The notes under the pieces were generated by a model, which did no database searches, had not been told where the DNA came from, and saw nothing but the letters and a program-made list of their open reading frames with translations. A program made the translations under genes and the position numbers. A DNA stretch of 64,000 nucleotides, from the NCBI RefSeq assembly GCF_009914755.1, contig NC_060930.1; one strand, given 5' to 3'. This document shows, piece by piece, positions 1 through 14,959 of the stretch. Position 1 is the stretch's first letter; each line of letters opens with the position of its first letter. This stretch comes from the human T2T-CHM13v2.0 reference genome, Homo sapiens.

Positions 1-193
1 TCTCCTGCCTCAGCCTCCCAAGTAGCTGGGACTACAGGTGCATGCCACCACACCTGGCTAATTTTTTGTATTTTTAGTAGAGACGGGGTTTCACCGTGTT
101 AGCCAGGATGGTCTCGATCTCCTGACCTCGTGATCCGCCTGCCTTGGCCTCCCAAAGTGCTGGGATTACAGGCATGAGCCACCATGTCTGGCC
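1..193 (-). mobile_element. Alu (AluY/Sc-like), cut by window start
   Basis: Antisense Alu text 'gttagccaggatggtctcgatctcctgacctcgtgatcc...ccaaagtgctgggattacagg'. Confidence 0.95.
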
Positions 194-379
194 CAACTAA
201 CTTGTTTTTTACTTTACAGACTCATAGGCAGAAGGGACTTGTGTCTCAGATGTAACTTTGGACTTGGACTTTTGTGTTAGTGCTGGAATGAGTAAAGGCT
301 CTAGGAGACTGTTGGGAAGGCATGATTGTGTTTTGAAATGTGGGAAGAACATGACATTTTAGAGGAGCTAGGGGAGAAA
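194..379 (+). mobile_element. MaLR internal sequence 3' end (MST/THE1-int)
   Basis: 'ctcataggcagaagggacttgtgtctcagatg...tttggacttggactttt' with a purine tract abutting the LTR at 380. Confidence 0.85.
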
Positions 380-558
380 TGATATGGTTTGGCTCTGTGT
401 CCCTACCCATATCTCATGTTGAATTGTGTTCCTGAATGTTGGAAGGACCTGGTGGGAAGTGATTGGATCACTGCGATGGACTTCTCCCTTACTGTTCTCA
501 TGGTAGTGAGTTCTCACAAGGTCTGGATTTTGAAAGTGTGTAGCACTTCCCCATTCAT

Positions 559-600
<42 letters not shown>

Positions 601-893
601 CACCATAAGAGGACATGCTTGCTTCCCCTTCTCCTTCCACCATGATTATAAATTTCAAAGATCTGGATTTTGAAAGTATGTGGGACTTACTCCTTCATGT
701 TCTCTCTCTCACCACCATAAGAAGACATGCTTGCTTCCCCTTGTGCTTCGACCATGATTGTAAGTTTCCTGAAGCCTCCTCAGCCATGCCTCCTATACAG
801 CTTGTGAAACTGTGAGTCAATTAAACCTCTTTTCTTTATAAATTACCCAGACTCAGGTAGTTTTTTATAGCAGTGTGAAAATAGACTAATACA
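380..893 (+). mobile_element. MaLR LTR (MSTA-like) with internal duplication
   Basis: Starts tgatatggtttggctctgtgtccc, ends gtgaaaatagactaataca; contains 'gagtcaattaaacctctt'. Confidence 0.9.
560..597. repeat. (CT)n microsatellite inside LTR
   Basis: Perfect CT dinucleotide run. Confidence 0.95.
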
Positions 894-1309
894 GTAATTA
901 TTCTTCAAAATTTGTTTAAATGACTTTTTTTTATAAGCGAAGCTTAACAGCTCTTTATCCTCACCCTAATATAATGTTCCCTGCTATGTATTGCTATGAT
1001 TACTTTAAATTTCCTAATGTTTTATCATCAATTTTTGCTTAATTGCCTATTAAACTATAATGCTTATAAAAGAATGCAATCTTAGTAGTTATTAACAGAC
1101 AGAGCTATGATTATAGCTGAATATGGCATTCACTCAAAGGAAAAACCATGTAAAATTATCATTTGTATTTACATTTATTGATATGGAAAATATTTTTAAT
1201 AATTTTCTATAATATTCTGTTAAGTGAAAAAAATAAGGTTCAATATAGCATGTGCACTATGTTCCAATGATTAATAAATAAATTTGCTTTAAAACCAGGA
1301 AGGAAAGCA

Positions 1310-1850
1310 ACACTTCCAGAATAGTGGGGTGAGGACCTTGGCAAATAATACTCCCCAGCAAAGGCAACAAACACATTGGCAATGCTACTCTAAAGGAGCA
1401 TTTTTACAACTCTGTAAATTAACTAAAGACTTAAAACAGTGTAAGGAGTGTTTATTCAAGAAAATCTGCTGAACCTTGGTAAGAACAGCACAGTCTGTGA
1501 CAATTCATCTCCATCGACTCCCAGCCCTGTTTCCCCCAACTGTGCTCATTAGTGTTGAAGCCCAGCAATCTCACAGCAACCAAAGAGGACAAGTTGAGTT
1601 TGAAGTTCCCCAGAAAATCTCATACGAAGTGCAATGTTACTATTTGACCTGTCTCACAGTTCCCTGGAAAAATTCTGTTGTTTTACACAACTTGACTCAG
1701 TGCTGTTTTTTCAGGGAAACCTTTATCCTCAAAGCTTTGGGGGAAACAATCAGTAGTGATCATTCATCATCCTGCTTCCCGGGGCTGCAATGCCAGTCAG
1801 GGCAAACAAGAGCTAAAAAACCTGGCCAAAACTTTAAAAAGGGAGACCTG
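1310..1850 (+). mobile_element. Probable ancient L1M 5' region
   Basis: Resembles old L1M 5'-end sequence and runs directly into an ORF2 fragment. Confidence 0.45.
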
Positions 1851-1854
1851 TGGA

Positions 1855-2190
1855 ATGACAAATTTAACCAAAAAAAAGTCATTCTTGTGCACTAACAACT
1901 ACAAAACATGGTTAAAAGAAATAAAAAGACTTAAATAAAATGAATAAAAAGACATCATCTGTTCATGGATCAGAAGAGTTAGTATTATTAAATAGCAGTT
2001 CTCCCCAAATTGACCCATAATTCAGTGCTCTTCCTATTGAAATCCTAGTCTTTTTGTTTTTTTGTTTTTTATTTTGCAGAATTTGACAAACTAGTCCTTT
2101 ATGGAAATGCAGTGACCCAGAATAGCCAAAACAACCTTGAAAAAGACAAAATTGGAAGACTAATACTTCCCAATTTCAAAATGTACTACA
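1855..2190 (+). mobile_element. L1M (L1MB-like) ORF2 fragment
   Basis: 'tgttcatggatcagaag...ctccccaaattgacc...cccagaatagccaaaacaaccttgaaaaag' matches old L1 ORF2. Confidence 0.85.
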
Positions 2191-2673
2191 GAGAATCTGA
2201 TTACTTCTCCAGTTTCTGAGTTTAATTGCAGTAAATACACTAAGCAACTAGTAGAAAGCCCATATTGGATCCTTGACCTAGGTAGTAAAGATGATTTAAA
2301 AAGAAATGTCAAGTGAGCATCTCTATAGCTCTTCAACCCATCAAGATAATAAACCAAAAGCAATATTTCTTTACTCGCCAAACTGTGTCTTATTTTTGAA
2401 AAACTTTGCTTAAACTACCTATAGTTGATTATGCTGTCAGCAACTGAGACCCCTATTTATAAATGTCTATCTCCATTGTAGAATCAAAATAAGATTGTTT
2501 TATATGTTTTATGTTCTATTTTATTGTATAATAAATGTATGTTCATTATCTGGGCAAGATAGTAAGATTTTAAGAGGTTTTGCTACATATGCTTTGATTG
2601 CCTGGACTCTCAAATAATTCCCTTTACCCTGGATCTCACCTCTCATACCTCTCATTGTTGAGTGGGGACTAAC

Positions 2674-3050
<377 letters not shown>

Positions 3051-3249
3051 TGAAGCATTGGTCAAAGGATTGAGTTTTGGCACAAAGTTATCTTACATGG
3101 TTTGGAGAGTTGATTAGGGTCCATTACTGTGCTCTGGGTTTGGTTCTCTGGGCCTTTGGTTTCTCCTTCTGGGTCTTCCTTCTTTTCCATGAAAGTAACT
3201 GAGTGGTTTTCCTCACCTTGCTTCTAATGTATAGTGATCTGGGCTCTTT

Positions 3250-3663
3250 CCTGTGGTTACCGTCTGACAAAGGGGAGCTAGAATAGCTGGGATCTGGCCA
3301 GATATCTTTCTTTTCAGGAGACTTAGGACTTTTTCTTCTGGTTTCTCTGCATAAGCATGTTTGGGTTAACTTGTAGCATAGTAACCTCACAGCAATAGGA
3401 CTACTTACCATTTGGTTCAGGGCACCATAATGAGCACTCCAAACATCTAGGTAGATGTTGCAGCCCCTTTTCTGACATAGCCTCAGATTCACACAGCAAC
3501 ATTTTGGATACTTCTTATTAGTTCAAATAAGTCAGAAGCCAAGATTCAAGGAGAAAGGACATAGACACCACCTCTGAATGGGAGGAGATTATGTTTGCAT
3601 TGTTGAATAGTTTATGGGATGGGATTTATTGTTGGCTGCCTTTAGAAAAAACAGCCTTCCCCA
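3250..3663 (-). mobile_element. MLT1 (H-like) MaLR LTR, decayed
   Basis: 'agattcaaggagaaaggacatagacaccacctct...gggatgggatttattgttggctgcctttagaaaa' resembles antisense MLT1G/H. Confidence 0.65.
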
Positions 3664-6589
3664 TGAAGTAATATAATATTGATTAACTTGTTACGTTGGC
3701 CTCACAAGCACCATTGCTGGTGGCTAAAGTGTTGCTCCTTTGGGGCTTAGAACTGATTGTCACAAATAAATTGAATTTAGCAGAGGTGCAACTGTTGCTT
3801 TTAGTAGAATATCTTTCAGTGTATAATACAATTCCAGTTTCATATTGGAGAGTGCAAACCCTCTGAATTGAGACATTCGTAAAAATACAAAGATGTTTAC
3901 AAATATCCTAGGCAAATGGCTCAAAAAGATGTGTTAGAATGCTTAAAGCAAGGTCAAGGCTCATGAACTCCAGGGCACTTGAGATATGGAGGCATATGCA
4001 AACATCTTGTCAGGTCATTTCCTTAAACTATAATTTAACCTCTGCTCCTATCTCAGAAAAATGATATCTTATTAGTTATTGCTACCTATGATTTAAAATA
4101 TCATAACCTATTTTGAAGAATCTATGGAGAAAAAGAAAACACTAACCCTAGAAATACTGAGGAAATATAAGAAGCTACTGAAAACCTTTAAACACACAGC
4201 AAATTCTTAAAGGAAGCTTACCAAGTAAGACTAGGGATATAGCAGTTCTCTTGTAACATCTAACATCAGGGTGGTAAGGAGCATAAGTGGCATGTGAGTT
4301 GTTTATAAAAAACATAATAATAATAAATAATTATTGTTACAAAATTTTTTAAATAGTATAAATATTATTAGTATTTCACTGCCACCTCAATATTTTTGTT
4401 TTACTTTGCTAATGAAAGAATTGCTATATGGTGAATTAGTGCATATTCTAACCTATTGTTGTATTTGTTATTGGATCTTGGGTGAACTTGGTGATTGCAA
4501 TAAGTATTCAATAATTTGATTTTAAAATATTCCTATTTGCAGAATGATCACTCTCCAAAGGTACAGAGTAAGATTGTTATTGATTAAACAATGCACGTTT
4601 GACCTTTCTGGCTGGGATTGTAGGATTGGTACTCACAAGATCTTACAGCAGCAAGGAAGTACACAGTTTGTTCATTCTAGAACCCCCTTATGCAGTGCTG
4701 AGGGAATTACCAGACTATAATGAAATGTAAATTAATTCCACACTCTTTGAGGTTCAAATAAAGTTCAGTGTGACAAGTCTTCTTGGTACTTGTTATACTG
4801 GAATAAGCCCTACTCTAATATAACAGATTAAAGCATTTTCATATTTCTTTTTCATTATTTAAAATAAATAGCACTGCCTACTCTCTCCCATGAGATCATT
4901 GGCTTAAGACACATTCCCAAAATAAACTAAGATGACAAACAAAATCAATAATCCAATAAGGCTGAAGGAGGGCTGTTGCGTTCAAGGCTTTTTATGCACC
5001 CACTTCCCATTTGGTTTCAGTCATAATTCAAGGTGGTTCCTGTGAGTTATGAACTTCTGTCAGCAGAGAGGCTGGTTGATTCATCCCAAGTTTTCCTCTC
5101 TGCATGCCTTTCACTCTGATTGAGAGCAGATCAGAAGATGGCAGATGAATTTCAGGGATGTACCTAGCCCTGGCCTTACCCAGTCATATGCATGCCACTG
5201 ATTGTGATGCAGAATATGGCAGAAAAAACATTTAAACACAAAAATGTCAGGTTGAAAATAAATACAGGGTAAAGGAAAAAATGTAATATCTAGATGTTAT
5301 AATTATATTTTCTTCCAAAAAATGCTTTTAAAATTCTTTTTGTTCCTATTTCACTCTTCTAACTCCTTACCTATCTCTAGCCCAAAAACCCCCTGATATA
5401 GGTTTTCAGGAGACCCACTTACAATCCACTGTAGATATACTCTTCCCCATTTAAGTGTAATAACATCAACATCTTCTCCTGTGGTTTTTAGTTATTTTAT
5501 ACCTATAGCTTTATTTTTCTGAAGAACAGCTAACGTGAGGACTTGATCATTTGTAAAGGCTATTAAAACAATATATACCTATGAATCTAGTGTTTTCATT
5601 TGCATACCCTATGTAAACAAGGAGTGTGATTTTGAGTCTATATAACTAGTATACACATACCTGCATTAATAAACATTGTGGTCACGTCTTAAGTTTCAAA
5701 GCCAAAGGGAATTCAGAAAAATGTAATGGGCTCCCAATAAAAGAAGAGATGCACATTTTAAACAGAGAGTACAAAATCAGCGTATTTTTATAAAGAATCT
5801 GAATTTCATAAATGGCAGTTCCAGATACACTAAAACTGATCATCTGTTATTACTTGAGTACATTTCTCTAACGCCTTTCCTAACAGAAAGTTGCATACAG
5901 AAAGTGCCTCTTTAAACTTCCATTTGGATTATCATGAGGTGCATATTTGAGACTTCTTGTTTTTGTTTGGTTTGCATTTAAAGTTTTGCTTTTAAAATGT
6001 AAGCAAATAGCCAATGAATAAAATGAGTAGTTTGGTGTCCATCTACCTACTATGCACCCATAATTATATTTAGATGCCTCTTTTGATACTCTCAAAAAAC
6101 TACAAACATTTTACTAATCCGTTGTCTATTTATTCTACTGTGCTTAACATGGTAACAGGCAAATTTTAGACAATGAAATATACCTGGATGTGACCCACAC
6201 ATGTAGTCATTCATTTATTCCACTCTGCTTATCACAGGAAGAGTACATTCCAGACGATAAAAGTTACCTGGGTAGTTCAGTTGCTGATATGAATATGTTT
6301 AGAAAAATATTTTCCATGAAGCAATTTGTTTTTCTTTTGTATTTTCAAGGATTAAAATTTTTTGCTTACATATCCATCAAGGTGGCTTTCTGTTTTCCAA
6401 ATCTCTCCCTTCCAGCCCATCAATCATCTACTGTAATTGCTACAACCATGATTATTTTTCTGCTCAAAGACATTCAATGTCTCACTATTGCTTACAGTAA
6501 TATTATAATAACACCCAGCATGATTTTCAGGCATTCTGCCATGTGACTCTCTGAACTTTTGTTTCCTAACTATTATCTATTTTTATACA

Positions 6590-9000
6590 GTAATTCATTG
6601 ATGTTGCATTTATTAACACCAATATATTCATGTGAAAAATTACAAAACCCATTAGTGAACATAAGAGCTCACAATCAATAAGGAATAGTGGCATGCAAAT
6701 AAATATTTCAATACAATGAAATGGGTACTGTCATGAAGGAAAAAGTTACATGAGTGCATTAAGAAAGAGAACGCCTATGTGAGTGGAAGATAACTTTCCA
6801 GGGAACACCTATTAGTTGAACTGCTAGCAATGGGTAGGAGTTTATCAAGTCAACAATGGGCAAAAGGGTATGTAAGAAGAAAAGAGAAAAGTGAACACAA
6901 TATGAAACCATTAATTTATATACCAAGTTCCGAAAATGGTCCCAAGTATGGCTATTTTTTCAAGTGTGTCAAGGAGAGATGTGGTCAGAAATACAACTGT
7001 AGGAGAACATTAAAACTAGACAGAGAAAAATCTTATACTGAGAGCTGTCAAAAATGTTTTAGTTGAGAAATGTCATGGTCAGAAGACATTCATGTTTTAT
7101 AAAATAAAATATTGAGTAAAATAGAAACTGACCAGAAAAAGCATTAACTGAAAATCCAAAAGATTAATTAAAGGTGATTAAAATTACTCAGGTAAGAGAT
7201 GAAACAGTTAATAATTGGAATTGATAATTCATTAGAGGAGAAGAAAATACTTTGAAATAATTCAGAAGTATTTTATGGGACTCGATGATTGCTGAAATAT
7301 GAAAGCTGAGGAAGAAGATGGGTTGATTAATAATGACTCTCAATCACTTTTCCCAACTAAGAGACAAGGTGAAAGATAATGCCATTGTAGAAGATAAGAA
7401 CAGCAGGAGATAAAGTCAGTTTTGAATTCAAGAAGGAAATAAAATAATTTGGTGCTGTTTTCAATGTTTCCTCCAAAATTAATGTGTTGGAACTTTAATC
7501 CCCAAAGCAACAGTGTTGATTGGTGGGACCCTTGAGAGGTGATGAAAATCATGAGGGCTCTGCCACCATGAACAGATTAATGCCTTTATTGTGGAGATGC
7601 TTTGTTATAAAAAGTAAGTTCATTCCCCTCCTCTTATGCATGTTCACTCTCTTGACTTTCCCTTATGGGATGATGCAGCAAGAAGGCCCTCGCCAAATGT
7701 GCCCCTCTGATCTTGGACTTGCCATCCTCCAGAACCATAAGAAATCGATCTCTGTTCTTTATATATTACTCTGTCTCAGGGATTTTGTTATAGCAGCACA
7801 GAGTAAGACATATTGTTTGGGACATTTGGGGTTTGCAATGTCTTTGTAACTATTGGATAGTTTATCTAGCAAAACATTGAAATTATTGGGTTTAATGCTC
7901 AATAGACTCTCACAACTAGAGATGAAGAATTTTCAAGGAATTGCATGATGATGGTTGAAACTGAGGGAGGTAATAATATTTCAGACAAATTGTGAAGAAT
8001 TAGAAAAAGGAAAGGGCAAAGACCAACACTTAGGATACATGCAGTCGAAGTCCTAGAAGACGATAAAACCCCTGAGACCATCATGCTTAAGACAAACATG
8101 GAAGACAGAATAGAAAAAATAATGAATTTTCAATAGGACTGAATAATTCAAATTCATTAACTATGAGAGTGAATGAAATGTATCTAATGAATTTATCAAG
8201 AAGAAATTTACTGGTGATATTTACCAGATTTTTTCATACAATTTTTATAGAATGGTAAAGATATAAACTTGATTGTAATAGATTAGAAGAAAATGAAAAG
8301 CAAGGAATTTGATACTGGACAGATAGAACATTTTTCAAAAATATTAGCAATAAATTTAGAGACAGATGCATACACTCAAGGGTGCCCAGCATGTGGGACC
8401 AGGTGAGTGGCCTAAGCCCAAAAGGCACTGTGTACCATTCACAAGAGAAGAATGAAAAGTGAATGGCAGCCCTGGAGAGGCGGAACACGGTGGCTTGTGC
8501 AACTCAGTATATTGTAATCAAATGTACTGAGATAATAAAAATTGGGGAAGAAAAAGATTTGAATGGGTGCAATTGAATATATTAAGTCCCTAGTACCTCT
8601 GGGTTGGAAATAAAGGAATGTAAAGAATTAAGTTGCTTTTCCTGATTTATGGACACCAATTCGGGCATTACTATCATATAGACTTTATTTAAAATGATTG
8701 AGGTAGATAAGATCACTCAGGAAAGGATGCATACAGGAGAGAGAAGGGGTCCCCTGATTGAACTCAGAAGATTTCCAGTATTTAGAAATCAGATAGAGAA
8801 GAATCCAGAAGAAAAGATGAGAAGGAATAGCAAGTGATATAAAAGGACAATAAGAATATGTCACCATAAAAGGCCAAAGATGAAAAGATTTTGAAGAGGA
8901 AATGTTTAACTGAGTGTAAAGATGTTGAGTTGGATGAAGAGAGCAAGTAGCCACTATGCTTGGTCAAATGATGATCTCAACAAAGACAATTATGATGAGA
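6590..9000 (-). mobile_element. L2 fragments (interrupted by MSTD LTR)
   Basis: Purine-rich L2 antisense motifs, e.g. 'tttgggacatttggggtttgcaatgtct', 'gaatatgtcaccataaaaggccaaagatgaaaag'. Confidence 0.55.
7453..7810 (+). mobile_element. MaLR solo LTR (MSTD/MLT1A-like)
   Basis: 'ctccaaaattaatgtgttggaactttaatcccc...catgagggctctgcc...tttgttatagcagcacagagtaagaca'. Confidence 0.85.
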
Positions 9001-9009
9001 ATTTAAACC

Positions 9010-9425
9010 TTCTACATAGTTAATTGGCTGCATTTACATGATCTTAATAATCCACTCACTTCAACAACATAACTTTCCTATTCCAGGAAACTTTTCCCAG
9101 AAAGATAAAAGTTGCAAGTAACTGTATTGTTTATTTCATAAATTTCTTGAAACATAGAATGAATTACACACCAAGACCCTTGAACACCTTACTCCCAAGT
9201 CTTGCCTTGTGTTCACCAATCCTATTATGTCATGACACTTACCCAATCCTAACAAAGCTTTCACATTGAAAGACTAAAATATACCACACTGCGAAGTGTC
9301 AATAAATATCCCAACTTTGATTTTGCGTGTGTGTGTGTGAGAGAAGCTATTAAGACTGTGAGTCAGATTTCTTACCATGGTTAAAAATAAATGCAGCTTC
9401 GTTTGATCAACAGGTTGTTTTGGTA
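9010..9425 (+). mobile_element. Probable ERV1-class LTR remnant (MER67-like)
   Basis: 'caccaatcct...acccaatcctaa...caataaatatcccaactttg...ttgatcaacaggttgttttgg' CCAAT/polyA layout; family recalled, not verified. Confidence 0.4.
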
Positions 9426-9865
9426 ACATGCTGGCAAAAAAAAATGATAAACAGGAATTTTATGGAATGGGTTGCAGAATAACAGGAAGTAAAACACCAG
9501 AATCAGTTTGTATATACAACAAATGTGGATAGTTCAGTTATAAGAAGGAGGTAGGTAGCTTGACAGATGTTAGACTCAAGGGAGAGATTATTTATTAAAT
9601 GTTTTTAAGATGGAAAATTAAAGCCTATATGATGTACACTGAGGAAAATATATCTAGAGGAGAGATAGAAATTGATGATGCATAAAACAGAGTGCAAAAC
9701 CAAAGAAAGAAAGGCAGTAATCAGGTGAAGGGGATGGGATCTACTGGGCATTTGCAAAGATAAGCTTTAATGGAAAGAATTCCTTCATAGCTCCAAGAGG
9801 AAGGGAAGAAAAAATAGTTTCAGATGCAGATGAATTCATGATTTGTTGATTTAAAGATGAAGGGA

Positions 9866-10550
<685 letters not shown>

Positions 10551-13039
10551 GAATATTGTATTTTCTATTTTTTCAAGTAAGTGTAAGTCAAAATGTAGTA
10601 ACAGGGAGTTGGGGTGGGAGAAATTTGAAAAGCCAAGAAGTATGAAAAAAAGTCACTCTGAAAGTATAAAGGCAAACCAGGGACCATGGAGAACATATAT
10701 ATGGTCTACAATCAATATTATGAGATCAATGAAGGCTGATAAGTCTGAAAAATGCTTTTGAAATATAGGAGAGAATTATCATTGTTTATAGGAATAGAAA
10801 GCCTTCTGAGGGCAGCGGAATCTCTTGGCCGCAGTGTCAGGGAGAACCTGGCCAGAGGGCCATCCACAGATTCTTTGGAAAGCAGTGGTAGTACTGGGCC
10901 CCCAATTAACTTGGAAGCAGCTGAAACAAACCACATTTTGTTCATCTCAAAAGCTTTACAAATGATGAATAACCGTATTTCTTCAAGTGGTTTTTTTGTT
11001 GTTGTATTGCTTGCTTGTTTGATTTTTTGAGGACTCAGCACTCAGAAAGTCTTCAAGCATATGTTTATGTAATGACACCAGCATTTCTCTTTTCTACCAT
11101 ATACTGACCTGTATCTTCTACTGATGGTAGGGAGTTAATCTCTGAAATCTACTGGGGTAATATTAGATAGCAAATATTTCAAGATTTTTAAAACAATTTC
11201 CACGGACTGCTGAAGTTAGACACTGCAACTGTTAGGTGAAACGTAGTCAAAACTTGGCCAAGGCTGAATGTTGATGAAGAATGTCTTGGTCCTTTTGCGA
11301 TATACTTCAATTTCTAGCTCTAAATATAATGTTTACTTTCAGAGGAAGCAATAAAACAATAACTTGATTGTTTTAAGGTCTCGTACCATATACTCTGCAG
11401 TTGAAGTAAAAGATCTCAATATTACGAAGCCATGTTGGTTTCATTCCCACGTTTGTTAAATGTGGAGCAGAAGCACTGACTTGAAGCAATGATTTGAAGA
11501 ACACGATAAATTTAGATTTTTCAGTCATCCTTTCTGACGTCCTTTTCCTATAATTTACTATCAATTAGATGATTCACTTCCATCTGCATCATACCACCTC
11601 CCTTTAGAACCTTCTATAAAGAGCTTGATGTTTCCTAAATATGTTATACAAGCTGCCTTGTATTTGTGAGGCCTCTTTTGGAAGTGTCTAAGCTGTGAGG
11701 CTATGGTCATTTGAATTCTATATTTCAAATATTTAATTCACTTTGAACTAATTATGAATGACTCAAATATTTTCATATCCTCTTCTCCTAGTTATTTAAA
11801 ATACTATACTCCATAAAAATAATTTTGGATATTTCATGTTTATAGTTATTTAAGAAATTCTATTTTAACTCTTCTGGCCATATCTTCTATATAAGAAAAA
11901 GTTTGGTTATTACACATGATGTGTGTATGTCATCAGTCAACCAAACTAACACAGTCAAGAAACTCATATGAGATGCAGAATTGAAAAGAATTAACACATG
12001 CTCATAGAATGTCTCCTAGCAGAGAAAGAATTATTAGAATTATATTTTAAAATCAGAGTGCATATGGAAAATAAAAGAAAACAAAATTTTTAGTTATTTA
12101 GGATCATAAATATTAATTATAGCAAACTGTACTTAGCTGTGGAAAGAATATTGCTAACATTTATTAATATACTGCCTGAGGTTTTTGAGTTTGTTTTAAA
12201 CTCTCATACACAAGATTTAGTTCAGTAAGATTTTAACATCCCATGAATTAAGCCTGTGTGCATAACATTTCAAGCATAATATTATGCAGGATATTTATTC
12301 AGTTCTAGTGCACTACAATTAAGACTCATAGATATAGTAATTTTCATCACAATGACCATGAGACATTCCATTAACTTATGAAAGCTGAGTTCTGCTAAAC
12401 ATTCTGATTGTTAACATGAAACCTAAGGTCCAAAATGATTGGATTCATCCTCTCAATTTTCTAAGTTTTACTCTTTCCTGTATTTTTTTTGTGTGTGTGG
12501 CAACTGTTGAACTTTTTGCAAAAGTTTGCAAAGTTTTCCTTTATAGCATATGCCATCTTTAGCTCACAGTACTGGTTTGGAGAGTTTAGGTGAACTTACC
12601 CTTGCAACTTTTTGAGAATTTATGAAGTCCCAGTCATATTTTATGTAAAGTGTTTTCCCCCAGATCTACCAGGAAAAAACAAAACGACCTTACCCTTTCT
12701 TATGATGCACTGAAAATGTAAGTCTGAAAAGCAAAAGCTTGTAGAAATATCAATATCAAGAAATGACTTAACATGTTGATATCTCACTTGAGATAGTTTC
12801 CTCTGAAATCTCTCTCTCTTTTTTTTTTCTTTTTTTGGCAAGCGACTGTAGTTTTCGCTGTTACTTTTCCTGTTGAGACTCAAGCTCCAATCTCAATTAT
12901 ATATTACAAAGGGCGACTCCTGTGGCTTCTCAAAATATGAGCATGCTTTTAACATTTATCTTGTGCATTAAATTCTGTGAAAGTTATAAAATTGCAATTA
13001 CTAGTTAGTTCAAAATCTAGTTTAAAAAGCTGTACATAT

Positions 13040-13860
13040 AATGAAAATTAATAAAGGCATAAGATGAGAAAATGTTATATAAAAGAAACATACTACATCT
13101 GCTACAAAAAATCAGAGGCAGAAGAGACCCTACTGACTGTAGTGTTCAGAAAAGGTCTCACATAGGAGTTGGAACTTGAGTCCAGCCTCAAGTGTTGGGT
13201 AAGATTTGAGTCAACAGGGAAGACTAGGAGAGGAAATTCTGCCAGGAGAAAGGCATCACAATGAAAGTGAAAAAGCATACAGCATGTTCTATGGATAGGA
13301 AAACAGGTCTGGCCTGATCAGAATGTTCTTTTTGGAGATAGTAGAATGCCAGTTTGGAAATGGAAGTAGAGGAGACCTTACATTCTAGTTTAAGAAAATT
13401 CAATTCTACCCTGTGTAGTTGGGGATATCCTGAGGGTTTTTGAGATACACAAGTAGCATGACGAAATGAAAAATAATGCCAGTATTGCCACCTATGTAGG
13501 ATATGATGGAGAGAATTGGATGATTAAGCAGACATGAATTAAAAGTTTTTATGTAGGAAGAAAAAAGAAATGGAGAATGTTAAGGAAAAAAGACATAGAA
13601 AGAAGTAACGTGATATTAGGCTAATCCCCTGGGGAAGTGGTGTTGGATACAATGGCTAACATTTGAAAGTTGCACATTTGGGAGACTTGGAGAAAGATGG
13701 TACTGATGACAGTAAGTGTGAAATTAGGAAGGAGCACCTGGAAGTGGGGAGTGGGGTGTGGAGAGGAAGGTATCACACGTGTCTGTAGAGTCGTTCCTAA
13801 GTGGGAACACGGCATTTAAGAGGAAAGGTCCATTAGGCAGGTGAAAGGCTTGAGTTGAAT
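13040..13860 (-). mobile_element. L2 fragment
   Basis: 'ggaacttgagtccagcctcaagtgttgggtaagatttgag', 'caattctaccctgtgtagttggggatatcc'. Confidence 0.6.
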
Positions 13861-14636
13861 AGATTCAACTCTGCACAGCCTGAAGATTTTCTTCTCAGTT
13901 CACAGCACAGTACAAGTAATTATTCAACTCCCTGTTCCTGCTGATTAGTCAGTGGGTCAAATCAGTCACTGTAGCCATTCCTAATCAGTTAACTTTAGGC
14001 CTCATATCTAAAAGCCACAGACTTACTCTGCCTTCTCCTGAAGTAGAATTTAGAAGCATAAATATCTGGGTGGACTTCAGCTCCAGAGATACTTAGAATA
14101 AACGTGGTGCGTAAAATCTCTCTGAATCTCTTCTGTTCATCCAGTGGAAAAAAACTATCAAACTTTGCACCCCACTGCTATTCCAGCTATTGCTATTTCA
14201 GCTCAACTTATAAGGGGAAAGATGAATTTACATGAGACCTGTCACGGGGAAAAAAACTTTCAGCTACATGCTAGTCCGGTCTATAGAAAGGGCTCGTTTC
14301 TTAACTTACTTCAATCATCTTAAAAATCAGCTTCTTTTTGACCCATTCATTCAGTTTTATGAGAAAATGCCTCAAGTTTTCCACTGATTTTCCTCTTTGT
14401 GTCTCCATCCAATGTTTATTTTTTCCACAAACAACTAGGTATGACTGATATTGTTTCCCTGTTTCTCTCCCATTCCTTTATAGATAAGACCCTCTCCCTG
14501 TCCCTGAAATGAACAGTGCACCCAAAGCAAGATTGAAGCTAGGCTCTAGCTGCACTTCTGCCATTCATTGGATGTGCAAACTTCTGCAAAATACTGATTT
14601 TATTCTTTGTCTGCAAAAGGTATTTTGATTTTTCAC

Positions 14637-14802
14637 TTAATTGCAAGATTCCTGTCAGTCATTTTTTATTTTTTACTATTTTGTCTTTTAAAATAAAATA
14701 TCTCTATTTTATTCTTGACTGTAAAATGTAGATGTTGACTTTTTGGTTAATTGCAAGATTCCTGTCAGACCTTTTTTTATTGTTTACTTTTTGTCTTGTA
14801 AA
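14637..14802. repeat. Local direct repeat, 110-bp period
   Basis: ttaattgcaagattcctgtcag exact at 14637-14658 and 14747-14768, with similar sequence after each copy. Confidence 0.9.
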
Positions 14803-14959
14803 GATTTTCTCCTACTGATAAAACCAAACATTCGCTTTTTTGGCATATATATCATTGTGAAGAAAACTCAGCATTTATGCACATGAATATGGCTGTAATT
14901 TATGACCCCTAATCTGAAGTGGGAACTCAACTCCACTCACCAAACATCCAATAAGCTTC

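Noticed and set aside
1476-1895. 139-aa ORF
   Set aside because: Non-ATG start, no recognisable domain, and it overlaps probable old L1 sequence.
3124-3492. 122-aa basic ORF
   Set aside because: It overlaps a decayed MLT1 LTR and its composition reflects a pyrimidine-rich strand.
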